A DNA stretch of 61,649 nt, the filler included, from Squatina squatina (lineage: Eukaryota): NCBI GenBank assembly GCA_031763465.1. It is 4 parts of 4 records of this genome, joined end to end, with 100 filler letters (N's around TTAATTAATTAA, not from the genome) between each part and the next. Parts side by side here need not be neighbours in the genome. Positions count along the whole stretch, not along the records: positions 1 to 14,375 come from JARFOE010000007.1; positions 14,476 to 31,388 come from JARFOE010000115.1; 2 more parts are not named here. One strand, 5' to 3'. How positions within the stretch are numbered: the first letter of the stretch is position 1; every line of letters starts with the position of its first letter. The notes beneath the pieces were generated by a model. The model made no database searches, had not been told where the DNA came from, and saw nothing but the letters and a program-made list of their open reading frames with translations. Positions 12,550 to 26,549 of the stretch are shown one piece after another. The position numbers were made by a program, and so were the translations under genes.

Positions 12550-13142
12550 GGATGCTCAACAGGCCCGAATTGGAGGAGCGCAGATATCTCAGAGGGTTAT
12601 AGGGCTGGAGGAGATTACAGAGATAGGGAAGGGGTGAGGTCATGGAGGGATTTGAAAACAAGGATGTGAATTTTAAAATTGAGGTGTTGCCGGACCGGGG
12701 GCCGATGTAGGTCAGCGAGCACAGGGGTGATAGAAGAACGGGAACGGGAATTTTGAATGAGTTCAAGTTTATGGAGGGTGAGAGATGGTCTGGTTCAGCC
12801 TCAGATCTGGAGCAGGGTGAGAGATGGGGTTGCTGGCTAGGGAACGGAATTTGTGGCGGTGACCGAAGGCTTCGGTCTTCTCAATATTTAGTTGGCAGAA
12901 ATTTTGGCTCATCCAGGACTGGATGTCGGACAGGCAGTGTGACAAATCCGAGGCAGTGGAGGGGTCGAGAGAGGCAGTGGTGAGGTGGAGCTGGGTGCTA
13001 TGAGGGTACATGTGGAACCTGACCTCGTGTATTTTGGATGATGTCGCTGAGAGGCAGCATGTAGATGAGAAATAGAAGGATAGATCCTTGCGGGGATTCC
13101 AGAGGTAATGGTGCGGGAGCGGGAAGAGAAGCCGTTGCAGAT
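12550..13142 (-). mobile_element. L2-clade LINE RT fragment, degenerate
   Basis: TQLHL...LSHCLSDIQSWMSQNFCQLNIEKTE and PYLCNLLQPYNPLRYLRSSNSGLL in shifted frames; homologous to 11395 and 55560. Confidence 0.8.
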
Positions 13143-14189
13143 GATAATGTGATGAGGAAACCTTGCAATGACTATATCATTATTTTATTGATGAGATGAG
13201 TTGAATTTCCAACTGTGGGGGCATTTAAAGAATTGTAAGGAAGTTTATTTAATATCTCTGATAGTTAATTGAGAAAATGCTTATTTTGTTAAAGTTTGAT
13301 GTCAGTAAAGTTGGCCTGACCTTGACGAAACCATTTCTAAGGTGAATATAAATTGTTTAATGACTCCTAACTCTTGTACCTAATTAATTCAGATCGTCTA
13401 GATTAGCTGTACCTGCTCATCAAGTGGGGAAAGAAATAAATCACGGTGTTAAAGATTCTCAGAGGATCTTTTAAAAACTAAAAGACTTTGGTTGGGAATT
13501 TCCTTGGAGCTGCTCCCACTCTCCACCTCCACAACTATGTAAAAGGTGCTATATAAATACAAGCTGTTATTGTTGTTGTTGTAGGCTTTCGACCAGCATG
13601 TGTATGGCTTTGACTCAGCAAGGTTGCTCTTGCCCGTATGCAGTAATGAAGCTTCCACAATATGAGGAACCAACGCTTTACAAGTGACGCATTAACATTT
13701 CAATCCTTTAGTAGCATTGTGCGATGGTCAGAGAGGAAAAATAAACTCCACCAGAGTTCGCGTTGACACTTAATACCCAGCTGAATACAGTATCAGACAC
13801 TGATGTCATGCTGTGCTTGTAATTTTCCTGTATAACGCCTCCATGTAGCAGATTTCTTTTACTTGTAATTTTTATTCAGCGGGCCTTGTTTAACAGGTAA
13901 TTTTAATGGCAAAAAAGCCACAGCTGGATGGGGATTTGAGTATATCAAGAAACATAAGCAGCCTGATAGCTATTGGAGCTTTAAACAGTTATTGAAGTCC
14001 CACGGGCAGCTTCCATCCTGCAATTAATACTCAGTGGTTTGGCTGCCAAGTATCCATCTGCCCGACTCCCTTAACTCTCTGAGGACCAAAACTGGTCATT
14101 TTTGCATTGTGTCTAAGCAGATGCAGTGACAGAGGGAAGGTAAGGTGTGGGACTCTTGGTGAATGGGGAATTGAGGTTGTGTTTGCTGG

Positions 14190-14375
14190 TGACACAGCCG
14201 GATGAATCAGCCACAGACAGCCCGGTCAGAAAAGAGGTGTCAGGGTTGCCTTCTCCCTCTTTCTTCTCCTGCTCTTCCTTATCTTCTTCTTTCTCCTCCT
14301 CCTCGTCCTGGTCGTCCTCCTCCAAAGCTGGTCACCTTGGAGCTGGTGGCAAGGGCTGTACTCTCATGATGGCGA
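14190..14375 (-). mobile_element. Harbinger (HARBI1-like) transposase C-terminal remnant
   Basis: Minus strand reads AIMRVQPLPPAPR*PALEEDDQDEEEEKEED..., resembling the LAIMR-QPLP plus acidic tail of fish Harbinger transposases; has an in-frame stop. Confidence 0.5.
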
Positions 14376-14419
14376 NNNNNNNNNNNNNNNNNNNNNNNNN
14401 NNNNNNNNNNNNNNNNNNN

Positions 14420-14431
14420 TTAATTAATTAA
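14420..14431. other. Artificial scaffold spacer TTAATTAATTAA
   Basis: Flanked by exactly 44 N on each side; palindrome with stop codons in all six frames. Confidence 0.95.
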
Positions 14432-17400
14432 NNNNNNNNNNNNNNNNNNNNNNNNNNNNNNNNNNNNNNNNNNNNTTCTGCCCTCATTTTACATCCCTTT
14501 GTCTCCCTGCATTTGATCCCATCCCCCTGCATCCACGCAGATTTTGGATTTTAACACTGCTGGGTTGGTAGCCGATAAGGTGCCTGCTGGAGCCAAGTAG
14601 GTGCCTTGTGACTGAATGCAATAAGGGTTCCACGACGTCAATCCATGACTCTGATCGCATTTTAACCTGGGCCTGAGCTGGGAGGTCAGGTTTATTCTGC
14701 CAGGTAAAATCAGGTCTGCAACTTTCGGGAGGACGTGGAGGCCCTAATTGCTCCTTCATGCCCTACAAGGAATGTCTCAGACTCCCCTGCCTTAGACTTC
14801 ACAGCTCCTTCCCTCTCGCAAGTCCCTCATGAAATCTTCTCCCCATGACTTGCCTAAGTGCTAGTGAGCCTTGCTTTTGGGCTGGCTGCTGGTCTCTGGC
14901 CATTTGAACCTCCACTCCTGGCCACCAGTCAGCCACTTCTTAGGGCCCGTTTCACATGACATGCAAAAGAGGCCTAGGACTTACAATATTCCAGACTTCA
15001 AACTTTGGTCTGTGAGTGCATTTTACACTGACCCCGCTGTCCGCCCACCTGAAATCTGCTGGGGGTTAAACTCTTAGTTACAGTATTATATTTTGCTTTG
15101 CATTTTAGTTACTATTATTAATGCATGCTTGCTTTTTATCTAGCGTGTAAATGAAGAAATATTGGTCTACAGAATGCATTTTACTTAAAAAGAGACATGA
15201 CACTGACTGTCAGAAATCAGAACAGCCTCGGGTCAGATTAGAGAGTTCAGTGATTACAATATCGCTTGCAGTGCACACAAGTATATCATTCCCCATAATG
15301 TAATCCTCGAAAGTATCATTTCTTGAGAAGATAGAAGGTGCAGTAATTTTCCACAACTAGGCTGCCATTTTATTCCATTTGACATTCAACAGACATTGCA
15401 CCCATTAAATGGAGATACCAAGACACCATTTTATAATTTAGTAAATATAACATATGCAGCATCATGGGGGAGTTTGCTGATAGGAATAACCCAGGAAATA
15501 CTGCTTGATTCCACCTGCAATAGAAAATGTTTTTAAAAAAATGTTTCCTACTGGAATTATTGAAGTTGACTTGTGAATTTCATATGCACAGAATTTGCAA
15601 AATTAGCAGCCTGATTATAATAATAATCCATTTTGAGGATATGGGGGTAATTTTCTATTTCAGACTGCCACTGGCCAAAGTTCCTTGCTGCCAGTTCAGA
15701 CAGGAAAACTAGGCCTCATAAAGTATGCAATTCCTGAGAAAACCTTCCTCAGACAGTAAGGCAATAATAATATTGTTTTACACAATTTGCTGGTATTCCC
15801 AGGGCACAGTTGGGAATGCACAAAGGTGGAGGAGGCAATTTCCTGCACCAGCAATTCTGCTACCTGTCCTTGAAGATGCATGGGCGCACAATTGATGTCC
15901 CAGCGCAAGCGCAAATTGACCGCTAAACAGGCACTAGGGGCGGCCAATTCGTGGTAAAACTTCTCGCGTGAGANNNNNNNNNNNNNNNNNNNNNNNNNNN
16001 NNNNNNNNNNNNNNNNNNNNNNNNNNNNNNNNNNNNNNNNNNNNNNNNNNNNNNNNNNNNNNNNNNNNNNNNNTCTTTCACATTCAATATTAGTTAAATA
16101 ATCTTCCGTTTACCTCCACTAAATATCCCTTGCACTAATATCAAGGCGACGTACGTACAATGTTTGCAGCATCATTAGCAACTTATTAGCTTATAGTTAA
16201 CAAAGAATTAACTGAATAAATTAAACATGAGCTCAGGCTTTCTGTGAAATTCAAAGCATTGCGACCGAGCAGATAAAAGTTATCAGGAAAGTTTGCAAGG
16301 CCTATTATTATCCTGAAGCAAATAAATTAGAAATGAATTGATATAAAATACTCAATCATTATACAGTACTCTCATGTATTTCATCTAGATCAACATTTAC
16401 ATTATGGCAGATGGTCCAAGTTAGATAATCAAAACTAATGAAGAACTGTGGAGAGCAAAATTCATTTGGCAGTTGAAGATGATCACATAACTCTTGAGGG
16501 GGTTCACAAAATAGATATCAAGGTCTTTTTCATGAGTGCTGAACATTCTGTATTCCATAGTTCTTCATTCAGTATCCTGTTTGCTTTCATTTGTTTGGTT
16601 TAAATGAGGGTGATGACAAACATGGGGAATGCTGTATTTATCTTCAATCGGGCCATCCAAGATCCAATGATCGACGACCAATTATACTGAAATTCAAAAA
16701 AATGTGGCAAAAAGATATTGTAAACACATCCGTCTACTCAGTAGATATATTGCCTTTACAGAAACAATTGGTGTGTCATTCATAATTGTAACTTGCAGAT
16801 ATAGACAAGCTGTTTATTGAGAACATTTTTTTCATATTAGCAGATAAACTGGATAAAAAAGATGTTTATAATCTGTGATTACAAAGATTTTAAAACTGAC
16901 AAGATCCCCATAAAGCCTAACATATTTTGATGAAAATTTTAATACATGTAAATTGTAAATAAAGGATGACTAACCCTAACTTCATTAAATTTATGCACTC
17001 ATATATTTATGTAGCAATGTAAATAGGGTGAATGTGATAACAGTCTACATGTAAAAGACTTCATCAGAGTGACAATTAGGTTTAGTTAAAGCATATTGAA
17101 TTTGTTTTATACATCCAATTAAAATATTCTATTATCTTTCAGTACTGATAATAATCTCTATTCATCCTTTGGCAATTTGCCTGACAGTTATATGACTAAT
17201 TAATTAACGAAAGGTTAACGAAAAGTTATATGACACAAAGCTGGGAGGTAGTGTTAGCTGTGAGGAGGATGCTAGGAGGCTGCAGGGTGACTTGGATAGG
17301 TTAGGTNNNNNNNNNNNNNNNNNNNNNNNNNNNNNNNNNNNNNNNNNNNNNNNNNNNNNNNNNNNNNNNNNNNNNNNNNNNNNNNNNNNNNNNNNNNNNN

Positions 17401-17679
17401 NNNNNNGGAAAAATGTTCTGCCTTAAAGAAACAGAATGGGTTTGTTTGTTTTGCTCAAACAGGTAACATATTAATGAAGTACAATTAGGTCAAATATACA
17501 CATGCAAATTGACTTCATTGTAAAGTTGAAATCAGACAGAAACAGAGTCATCATAGTCGATCCTAATTTTCCCCTTTTCCAGTGTCCATACATTGCCACA
17601 CTTTCCGCCACCAGTCATTTACCACTTTTTCTCCATATTCCTACCTAACAAAAATCTATCGATCTGAGTCTTCAATTGA

Positions 17680-18015
17680 CCCAGGATCCACAGCCTTTTG
17701 GTATCTCGCCCAAATGCATGAACCTTGATGTATAGGCTACTTGATTATACAGGGCATCACATCCAAGTTTGATTCTGCCCTCACCTGGTGTACACATATG
17801 CACACTTCCAGTAGAGGTTTGTCAGATAGTGATTAGGAAATCCTGGTCAATTTTCCTTTCCTTAATTCAGGGGCGCTGAGATCAATTGTGGAATCCAACC
17901 GATTTGCCTGGCTGGTGACAGTTATTCAGCACAGACCAGAGATTGAACCTGGGTCATTCCTGGCCTTTAAGGCTCAGCCACTCATAATATAAACTTGCTA
18001 AGCCATGAGGGGAAG
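17680..18015 (-). mobile_element. Old tRNA-derived SINE
   Basis: Minus strand tggcttagcaag...gctgagcc...cccaggttcaatctctggtctgtgctgaata; related pieces near 11318-11400 and 49430-49670. Confidence 0.45.
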
Positions 18016-19829
18016 AGTGTATTAGGGCTTTATTGAACCTAAGTCTGAGTGCGGGAGCTCTCTCTCCTGCTGGATTATGGTTCCACTCACCTTGTCCACC
18101 CTCGAACATTTCACTCAAAACAGATGCCCACTTTCGGTTGTAGTGCTCCTGTAGTTGTACTTGCTTGGTCTGGATGGCTTTGTATCAAACTGAGTGATAC
18201 TTTTATACTATAATCCATATGGGAACTGGTGGCATCAGCTTGTCTAAAGGTCACAGAGATCTTGAGGTAGGTTTTGACTTTGTGGGTGATAGCGAATCGG
18301 CGGCCCCTTTTACATTGCTCCCAATTTGTTTTCATTGAGGTCAGTGAAAATAAAGATCGGGAGAGACTACAATATCATGCAAAGTCAAGACCTATCCCCA
18401 TAATTATCATCTAACTTGACTTTCCAAAAAGCAGCTCATGATAAAAATGAAAAATGAGTTAAATATTACAAAATATCATATTTGATTAGCAGTTCCCTTG
18501 AGCATTTGATTCATGATTAATTATATGTATTTAATTTGTATAAATTGTGCAACAATATGTTACATAGAATTAAATATGTTTAGCATTCTCAAACCTACAA
18601 TGGAGCAAAAGTAATATGGCTGCAATCTCTGAATGAGGGAGGAAAATATTTATGCTGTACATTAATCTCAGAAATGCAAAGTTAACTATATTCAGTCATG
18701 TAGTGCAAAAATCTTAATGCAGCTATTCAGAATAAATGAGTTTCATCTACGCAATAGGACATTGCATCAGCATTCAGGCCAAAGGCAAATATTAGACCCG
18801 CTTACTAAATGCAGAGTGCATTAGTCATTTTGTGTAAATATCTCATTTCCAATATNNNNNNNNNNNNNNNNNNNNNNNNNNNNNNNNNNNNNNNNNNNNN
18901 NNNNNNNNNNNNNNNNNNNNNNNNNNNNNNNNNNNNNNNNNNNNNNNNNNNNNNNTTTTCGAGCTGGCCTGGCTGTATTTTTAAACACAGAAATTCTGTC
19001 CCTGTAGCTTTCATACAGGCTTTCTTATTAGTTCTGTCTCACATCAGTCCAAGAGACAGATGCAGTAAGCAATTAAAAAAAAATGACAGTTGAGTACAGT
19101 GTTATTGAATACAAATCTGAGCCCACAACCTGAAAATATTGTATGCAAGGGCATTATTCAAGCATAATTTAAATAACAAATGAGAGCAGAATGATCAATG
19201 GGAATTTTTTGAGTAGTTCGTCAGAAAGCAGTTAGTAATCCACACTGAGCAGGGAAATTCATGCATAAATATAATCAGTCTCTGCTCTCACCTTTGTCCA
19301 TAGACACACTTTCTATGTGCATGGAGTTGCAATAATATAATACAATAATACAACCTGAAATATGAATAGCATTGAAAGCAGAATCACGTATAAATAAGGA
19401 GTCTAATATATATTCAAGGGAAGGTGAGGGAGGTTACCACAGTAATTATAATTTCAGCACTAGGCTTAACCCTGACACTAAAGCATTCATCATTATTATA
19501 AAAACCTTGGTGCACATGCAAACTCTCATTCATTATTCCCATTAAAATCTGCCAGGAAAAATCATTCAAAATGATTTACTTATTGACTCATAAAAATCCA
19601 ATATATTTGCTCCAGTAACTGTTACAGTGCAGTACTGCGTTAAACTGCACTTTGGGACATACCGAGTTTGTGAAATATAAATGCAAGTTCTTTTAAACAG
19701 TACTTGAAGAGGAAATGGCCACCAGTGAAAATTCTATAGAGTGGAGAGTGGGTAACAGTGTAGTCTGCAATACCTGGTAGATTCTGAGCAATCCGATTAA
19801 CGTCAGCATCCAACTCTTCCTGAAAGCTA

Positions 19830-19979
19830 CAACAACATCAACACAAGCTTCCATTTATAGAGCACCTTTAACATAGTAAAATGTCCCAAGGCAAACAAAA
19901 TTTGACACTGAGCCACATAAGGAGATATTAGAGCAGATGACAAAAGGCTTGGTCAAAGCAGTGGGTTTTAAAAGAGTGT
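19830..19979 (-). mobile_element. L2 LINE 3' tail
   Basis: Reverse complement of the tail at 37270-37500 (tttgaccaagc...gtgtcaaattt...cttgggacattttactatgttaaaggtgctctataaa). Confidence 0.7.
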
Positions 19980-20079
19980 NNNNNNNNNNNNNNNNNNNNN
20001 NNNNNNNNNNNNNNNNNNNNNNNNNNNNNNNNNNNNNNNNNNNNNNNNNNNNNNNNNNNNNNNNNNNNNNNNNNNNNNN

Positions 20080-21600
20080 TTTCTCTCTCCCTACTTTCTT
20101 AAGTAGTGGGGTTACATATGCTACCCTCCAATCTTCAGAAACCATTCCATAATTTATGGAATTTTGGAAAATGACAACCAATATATCCACTATCTCTATA
20201 GCTGCCTCTTTCAAAACCTTCGGATGTAGGCCATCAGGTCCCGGGGATTTATTGGCTTTCAGTCCCATTAATTTCTCCAGTACTTTTTTTTTACTAATAT
20301 TAATTTCTTTCAGTTCCTCATTCTCACGAGATCCTTGGTTCTCCGCAATTTCCAGGAGGTTTTTTGCGTCTTCCTCCGTGAAGACACACAAAGTATTTGT
20401 TTAATTTCTCTGTTATTACCTTAGTCCCCATTATACATTCTCCTGTCTTAGCCTGTAATGAACCTACATTTACTTTTGCTAATCTTTTCCTTTTTCCATA
20501 CCCATAGAAGCTTTTACAGTCTGTTTTTATGTCTCTCGATAGTTTACGTTCATATCCTATTTTCCTTTTCTTTATCAATTTCTTGGTCCTTCTTTGTTGA
20601 ATTCTAAAATCCACCCAATCCTCCTAATCCTCAGGTTTACTGCTCTTTTTGGCAACATTATAAGCCTCTTCCTTTGATCTCATACCATCTTTAACTTATC
20701 TTAAGTTGGACCACTTTTCCTGTTGGGTTTTTGTGCCTTAAAGGAATGTATTAATTCTTTAAATGCTAGCTATTGCTTGTCTACCGTCGTACCTTTTAAT
20801 GTAGTTTTCCAATCAACTGTAGCCAACTCGCCCCTCATACCCATGTAGTTTGCGTTGTTTGGAATTGAGACCCTAGTTTCGGATTTAACTAAATAACTTT
20901 CAAACTTAATATAAAATTCTATCATATTATGGTCACTCTTCCCTAAAGGCCCTTTTGCTACAAGGTTATTAATTAAACCTTATTGCACAATACTAGAACT
21001 AAAATAGCCTGTTCTCTTGTTGGTTCCTCAACATAATGATCTAGAAAACCATCTTGTCTACATTTCATGAATTCGTCCTCCACACTTACTGCAAATTTGG
21101 TTTCCTGTGTGTATATATTAAAGTCCCTCATGATTACTGTAATACCCTTGTTACATGGACCCCTAATTTCCTGATTTATACTGTGCCCTACATTACCACT
21201 ACTGTTTGGGGGCCTATAATCAACTCCCACCAATGTTTTTTGCCTCTTGCTGTTTTTTAAGTCCACCCAAACTGATTCTACTTCTTGATTTTCTGAGCTA
21301 AGATCCTTTCTCTCTACTATCTTTATCCTGTCCTTTATTATCAGGGCTACCCCTCCTCCTTTTCCATTTTCCTATCTCTTCTGAAAGTTAAGTATCCTGG
21401 AATATTTAGTTCCCAACCTTGGTCACTTTGCAACCACGCCTCCTTCATGGCTATTATATGAAACCTATTAATTTCTATCTGCGCTATTAATTCATCTATT
21501 TTGTTGCGAATGCTTTGCGCATTCAGATACAGTGTCTTTAGCTTTGACTTTTTTCTATTTTTCCCTGATAGCACCATAGTCACTGATGATTAGCTTTGTC
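20080..21600 (-). mobile_element. CR1 LINE ORF2 (APE endonuclease to start of RT), frameshifted
   Basis: LKTLYLNAQSIRNKIDEL...EAWL...IPGYLTFRRDR; LVGVDYRPPN...DFN...QYVEEPTRE-like motif; KSPGPDGLHPKVLKE...DWRVAYVTPLLKK, spread over several frames. Confidence 0.9.
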
Positions 21601-23515
21601 TTCTGTCCCTTCCTGACGCACTCTGCTTATTTTACCCTAAACTCTGCTCTGCTCTGCAGTGTTGACATTTCTCTTGCTGCTTTCAAATTTACTTTTTCCC
21701 GAATCCCCCCCCTTTGGCAATGTTAATCCACTTGAATGTCGAGGGGCAGTGATTAGACTCTCACTTGTTAGAGATGGTCATTATNNNNNNNNNNNNNNNN
21801 NNNNNNNNNNNNNNNNNNNNNNNNNNNNNNNNNNNNNNNNNNNNNNNNNNNNNNNNNNNNNNNNNNNNNNNNNNNNNNNNNNNNCTCTCCACAGATGCTG
21901 CCTGACCTGCTGAGTTTTTCCAGCTTTTTTTGTTTGTAACCCAAAACAGTGCTTTGTTCATTATGAAAAGATCATACCAGATCTGGCTTTTTTCCTTTAC
22001 AAACACTAGTAAAAGTGTGAGCTATTTTCTCAAGTTCCATGGCAATACATTTGAATGTCGTTTGAAAGCTGTGAATCTTACGAGAAAAGTTTGCAACCAG
22101 AGTTAGGTGTAGGAAAGCACCTATAAGATGCAGAGTCTGCTGCCAGGTGTGCCTGGAATAGGACTAGAGCATTGGTCACAGAATATCTATGTTGCTAAGT
22201 GCTTGAAGCAATGGCTCTGAGCGAAGCCTAAAACACTGCTGAGGGTGAAGCCAAGACTGTCAGTCACTAGACACACAGAATATTCATGAGACAGTGTAGA
22301 ATCTACCAGTGTCAGTTGTAGGATGTATAGATGATTGATTGTAGGAAGTACAAAGGGAACATTTAAACTGGTTGTCTTCAACATGTGGGCCAAAAAAGTT
22401 ACCTAGGGGTTTCATTTTTATTACTTCCAGCTGCTGTTACAGTCAGCATGCCCTTTTCTAACTGACACTTTAATTCATATTCTAATTTTCAACAGTCCCA
22501 GTCTGAAGAGGAGCAGACTGCATGTTGACTGTAAGGAGTAGAAATTCAAACTCATTGCGACCATTTTATGGGCATGAAGCNNNNNNNNNNNNNNNNNNNN
22601 NNNNNNNNNNNNNNNNNNNNNNNNNNNNNNNNNNNNNNNNNNNNNNNNNNNNNNNNNNNNNNNNNNNNNNNNNNNNNNNNNNNNNNNNNNNNNNNNNNNN
22701 NNNNNNNNNNNNNNNNNNNNNNNNNNNNNNNNNNNNNNNNNNNNNNNNNNNNNNNNNNNNNNNNNNNNNNNNNNNNNNNNNNNNNNNNNNNNNNNNNNNN
22801 NNNNNNNNNNNNNNNNNNNNNNNNNNNNNNNNNNNNNNNNNNNNNNNNNNNNNNNNNNNNNNNNNNNNNNNNNNNNNNNNNNNNNNNNNNNNNNNNNNNN
22901 NNNNNNNNNNNNNNNNNNNNNNNNNNNNNNNNNNNNNNNNNNNNNNNNNNNNNNNNNNNNNNNNNNNNNNNNNNNNNNNNNNNNNNNNNNNNNNNNNNNN
23001 NNNNNNNNNNNNNNNNNNNNNNNNNNNNNNNNNNNNNNNNNNNNNNNNNNNNNNNNNNNNNNNNNNNNNNNNNNNNNNNNNNNNNNNNNNNNNNNNNNNN
23101 NNNNNNNNNNNNNNNNNNNNNNNNNNNNNNNNNNNNNNNNNNNNNNNNNNNNNNNNNNNNNNNNNNNNNNNNNNNNNNNNNNNNNNNNNNNNNNNNNNNN
23201 NNNNNNNNNNNNNNNNNNNNNNNNNNNNNNNNNNNNNNNNNNNNNNNNNNNNNNNNNNNNNNNNNNNNNNNNNNNNNNNNNNNNNNNNNNNNNNNNNNNN
23301 NNNNNNNNNNNNNNNNNNNNNNNNNNNNNNNNNNNNNNNNNNNNNNNNNNNNNNNNNNNNNNNNNNNNNNNNNNNNNNNNNNNNNNNNNNNNNNNNNNNN
23401 NNNNNNNNNNNNNNNNNNNNNNNNNNNNNNNNNNNNNNNNNNNNNNNNNNNNNNNNNNNNNNNNNNNNNNNNNNNNNNNNNNNNNNNNNNNCCCCACCAA
23501 CACATTCTTTAAAGG

Positions 23516-23707
23516 TTAGGTGACCAGATTTTGGGAAGGCCAAACCATGACAAAACTTACTCGACTGTGTCGAGACTGCGCATGCACGGTCCGGTCTCCA
23601 TCCCAAACCGGGACATTTGAGGCTTTTTCAAAGAATTGTCGGGAGACCAGGAGGTTTGGGTAAAAACCAGGACTGTCCCGGCAAAACCAGGATGTCTGGT
23701 CACCCTA
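23516..23707 (+). mobile_element. hAT MITE, copy 3
   Basis: TIRs TTAGGTGACCAGAT...GTCTGGTCACCCTA; perfect 8-bp TSD TTTAAAGG at 23508-23515 and 23708-23715. Confidence 0.85.
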
Positions 23708-26443
23708 TTTAAAGGCTTCAGTGGACAGCGAGCCAAGTGGTGGCATTGGTCCCGGTGAGGCCACAAAAGTCTCTTCCAGCCAGAAGTAATCAAGAGGTGA
23801 TCAATTATCTTCCTTTAAAAGAAAACCCTTTTGCTTTGACTGGAAGCTGAAAATGTTGAGAACCTCTCCGTACCCATCACAGGGGTGTAACTGACCCCGT
23901 CCCAGCACTTTGGAATGTTGTCTGTTCTTTTGGGTACATTTACTGCTCACTCCCGGTGCACTTCCACCAGTGAAGTGGGTTGATGGGAATTTCACATTGG
24001 ATCGTTTGTAAAAGTGTCGAAATATCCAGATTCATATTTCATCATTCTTCCATTTAATTGGAGAAAATCCAACAAACATGACAGATTTATCTAAATCATG
24101 TGCTTACCAGTGTTTACCTAAAGAGACAATATCCTTTTTAGAAACCTTTAAGGCAGATCTGTTAAAGCGAAAAAAGTCAAATCTGGAGATATTTCAAGGG
24201 TGAGGAATGCACACATGGTATATCAATAATTGATGTAGCTGTAAGCAGACTATTTGATTTAAACTGTGAGCACAGGACTAGGTGAGGTGGGTTTAAAATC
24301 GTCAGGCCTCAAGTGAGACTAGAGGGCCAATTTCAACTCCCAACGCGAGCGCACGGCATTCCCGCCCAAGAGTTTGAGTCGGAGGCGCGGCAGATTTTAA
24401 CGGCCAGGCCTCATTTGAATGCCAGCTGTTCACCCATTTTGGGCAGAAAGCAGAAGCTGGTGGGCAAGTAATGAAGATCGGGCAGCCCGGAGGTGGCACA
24501 CTGGCACCAAGAGAAGGTGGCTGGTAACATGATAAGTCACAGGAAGAGGGTGTTCTGAGGGTCTCGAGGCTGGGTATGAGGAGATGGGGTAGATTCCAGA
24601 GTAGCAGAGCGAACAGACTCTTCAGTACCCGATCAGATGATTCTCAACTTCAGTAAAACAGTTGTTTTCCATCTCCATTATATTTTATAACTGATGAGCA
24701 AACGTGTTCAAAAACAGTTTTAAAAAGCACACAAAATTTTTAATGTCCGGTCCATTTTTCTGTAGGATTGCTCACAGCAGTGCCCTGGGGATCATTCTTC
24801 AATTCCTGGAGAGTCCAGGGCAAAGCTGGAGGGTTGGCCACCTATTGTGGCCCCACTAAGGAAAGTTCACTTACCTTCAGTGGCCTTGCTGGTTTCCCGG
24901 CAGCTTTACTTGGCGGGACGACTGCTTTGGCACCCTGCTCAGGAGCGCGTTCAATGCCAACAAAGTCTCAGGTACATCATGAGACCCTAATTTGCATTTA
25001 TTCTTGAGGCCCCTGCCTGTCTCTGGTGGTAGCCTTGGCCGACTAAAAAACTGCATGGTTAAAACGGTGACAATCTAGCTTATCCGTATAAAAACATAAA
25101 GTACCCATCGATTCCTTCCTACCTCCATTGAACGTACATGAGAGTGTGCACTGGNNNNNNNNNNNNNNNNNNNNNNNNNNNNNNNNNNNNNNNNNNNNNN
25201 NNNNNNNNNNNNNNNNNNNNNNNNNNNNNNNNNNNNNNNNNNNNNNNNNNNNNNNNNNNNNNNNNNNNNNNNNNNNNNNNNNNNNNNNNNNNNNNNNNNN
25301 NNNNNNNNNNNNNNNNNNNNNNNNNNNNNNNNNNNNNNNNNNNNNNNNNNNNNNNNNNNNNNNNNNNNNNNNNNNNNNNNNNNNNNNNNNNNNNNNNNNN
25401 NNNNNNNNNNNNNNNNNNNNNNNNNNNNNNNNNNNNNNNNNNNNNNNNNNNNNNNNNNNNNNNNNNNNNNNNNNNNNNNNNNNNNNNNNNNNNNNNNNNN
25501 NNNAAACAAGATATCTGTAGACTTCCTATGTGCTGTCACTAACAGTTTTACTTTGTGAGCTAGACACAGCTGTTTTTTTAAAGCCAGATGCCTCCTATTA
25601 TAACTAAAGGTTAGAAGTTAGCATACTCTACGGAGCAATCCTAAATTCACTGTTGTGTGGTAATAGTGAATGTTCAAACATGCTTTATGCTGCAGTGGGG
25701 AAATTAATTGTTCAAAGAATGAGTTGCAGCTGAACATTTTGATCGGCTCAAAGTAGACCAGAAAAGACAATTGAATGTTCATAATTATCTTTAGCATATC
25801 GCGATCACTTTCTAAGAGGGAGATTGTACCCATATGCCTGTTGTTTTGGCTAATCTGATAATCATTCTATTTAGTCTAGCTACCAATTATGATTAGTTAT
25901 CTCTTGAACTTGTATGCAATCAAGCATTGTGCTTACTGATGATATCCAATTTTACATCTGCCCTGCATCAGAGAACCCTAACCTTATAATGCAACACATT
26001 TAGAAAAATACCTAAATAAAAGGTTGGTCAGTAAGCAGATTCAAATGGACCATTGAAAATGAACCATCTAAATATCAATACCATGAAAACAGGTCATGCT
26101 GAAGATAAGTGCCCAAAGTACTGATCTGTAACACCAGAAATATCCATTACTTACATTGAAAACCTGCTTCGATCCAAAAACATTACTATGATTGGTGTAT
26201 ATTAGGTTAGAACAACCATTTGACTATCACAGTAACTTATAAATCAATTCAAAAAACTGCTTTCACAGACTTTTTTGAGAACATTGGCCAAACATCCATT
26301 CCTTGATAAATTCAATTAGCTGCAGTTATCGGGACTGATAACTGGTAAAATTCTCTACAGTGAGCTACAGTAAGGAAAAAAATCCACCAAAGTTTATACT
26401 TTAGGCCGTTTTTAAGTCTCGGATATGCAGGGTAGATACAAAC

Positions 26444-26549
26444 CTCAGAACTTTTCCAAGCTCCATGGAAACCGAACAGGTTTGAAATGGAACCTCTTGC
26501 GACTTGGTTCCCATTAGTAAATGCTGCGTAGAAACTGATGGATTTGACA
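26444..26549 (-). other. Candidate 106-nt exon of unknown gene
   Basis: Acceptor gtttatcttttAG, donor GAG|GTTTGT; two open frames (SNPSVSTQHLLMGTKSQEVPFQTCSVSMELGKVL or VKSISFYAAFTNGNQVARGSISNLFGFHGAWKSSE). Not recognised. Confidence 0.3.

Noticed and set aside
22475-23606. 300+ aa ORFs in several frames
   Set aside because: They consist almost entirely of X residues from an N gap.
24107-24118. Possible 10-nt minus-strand micro-exon (tctttag|GTAAACACTG|gtaagc)
   Set aside because: Short pyrimidine tract, frame-shifting length and no host gene; likely chance.
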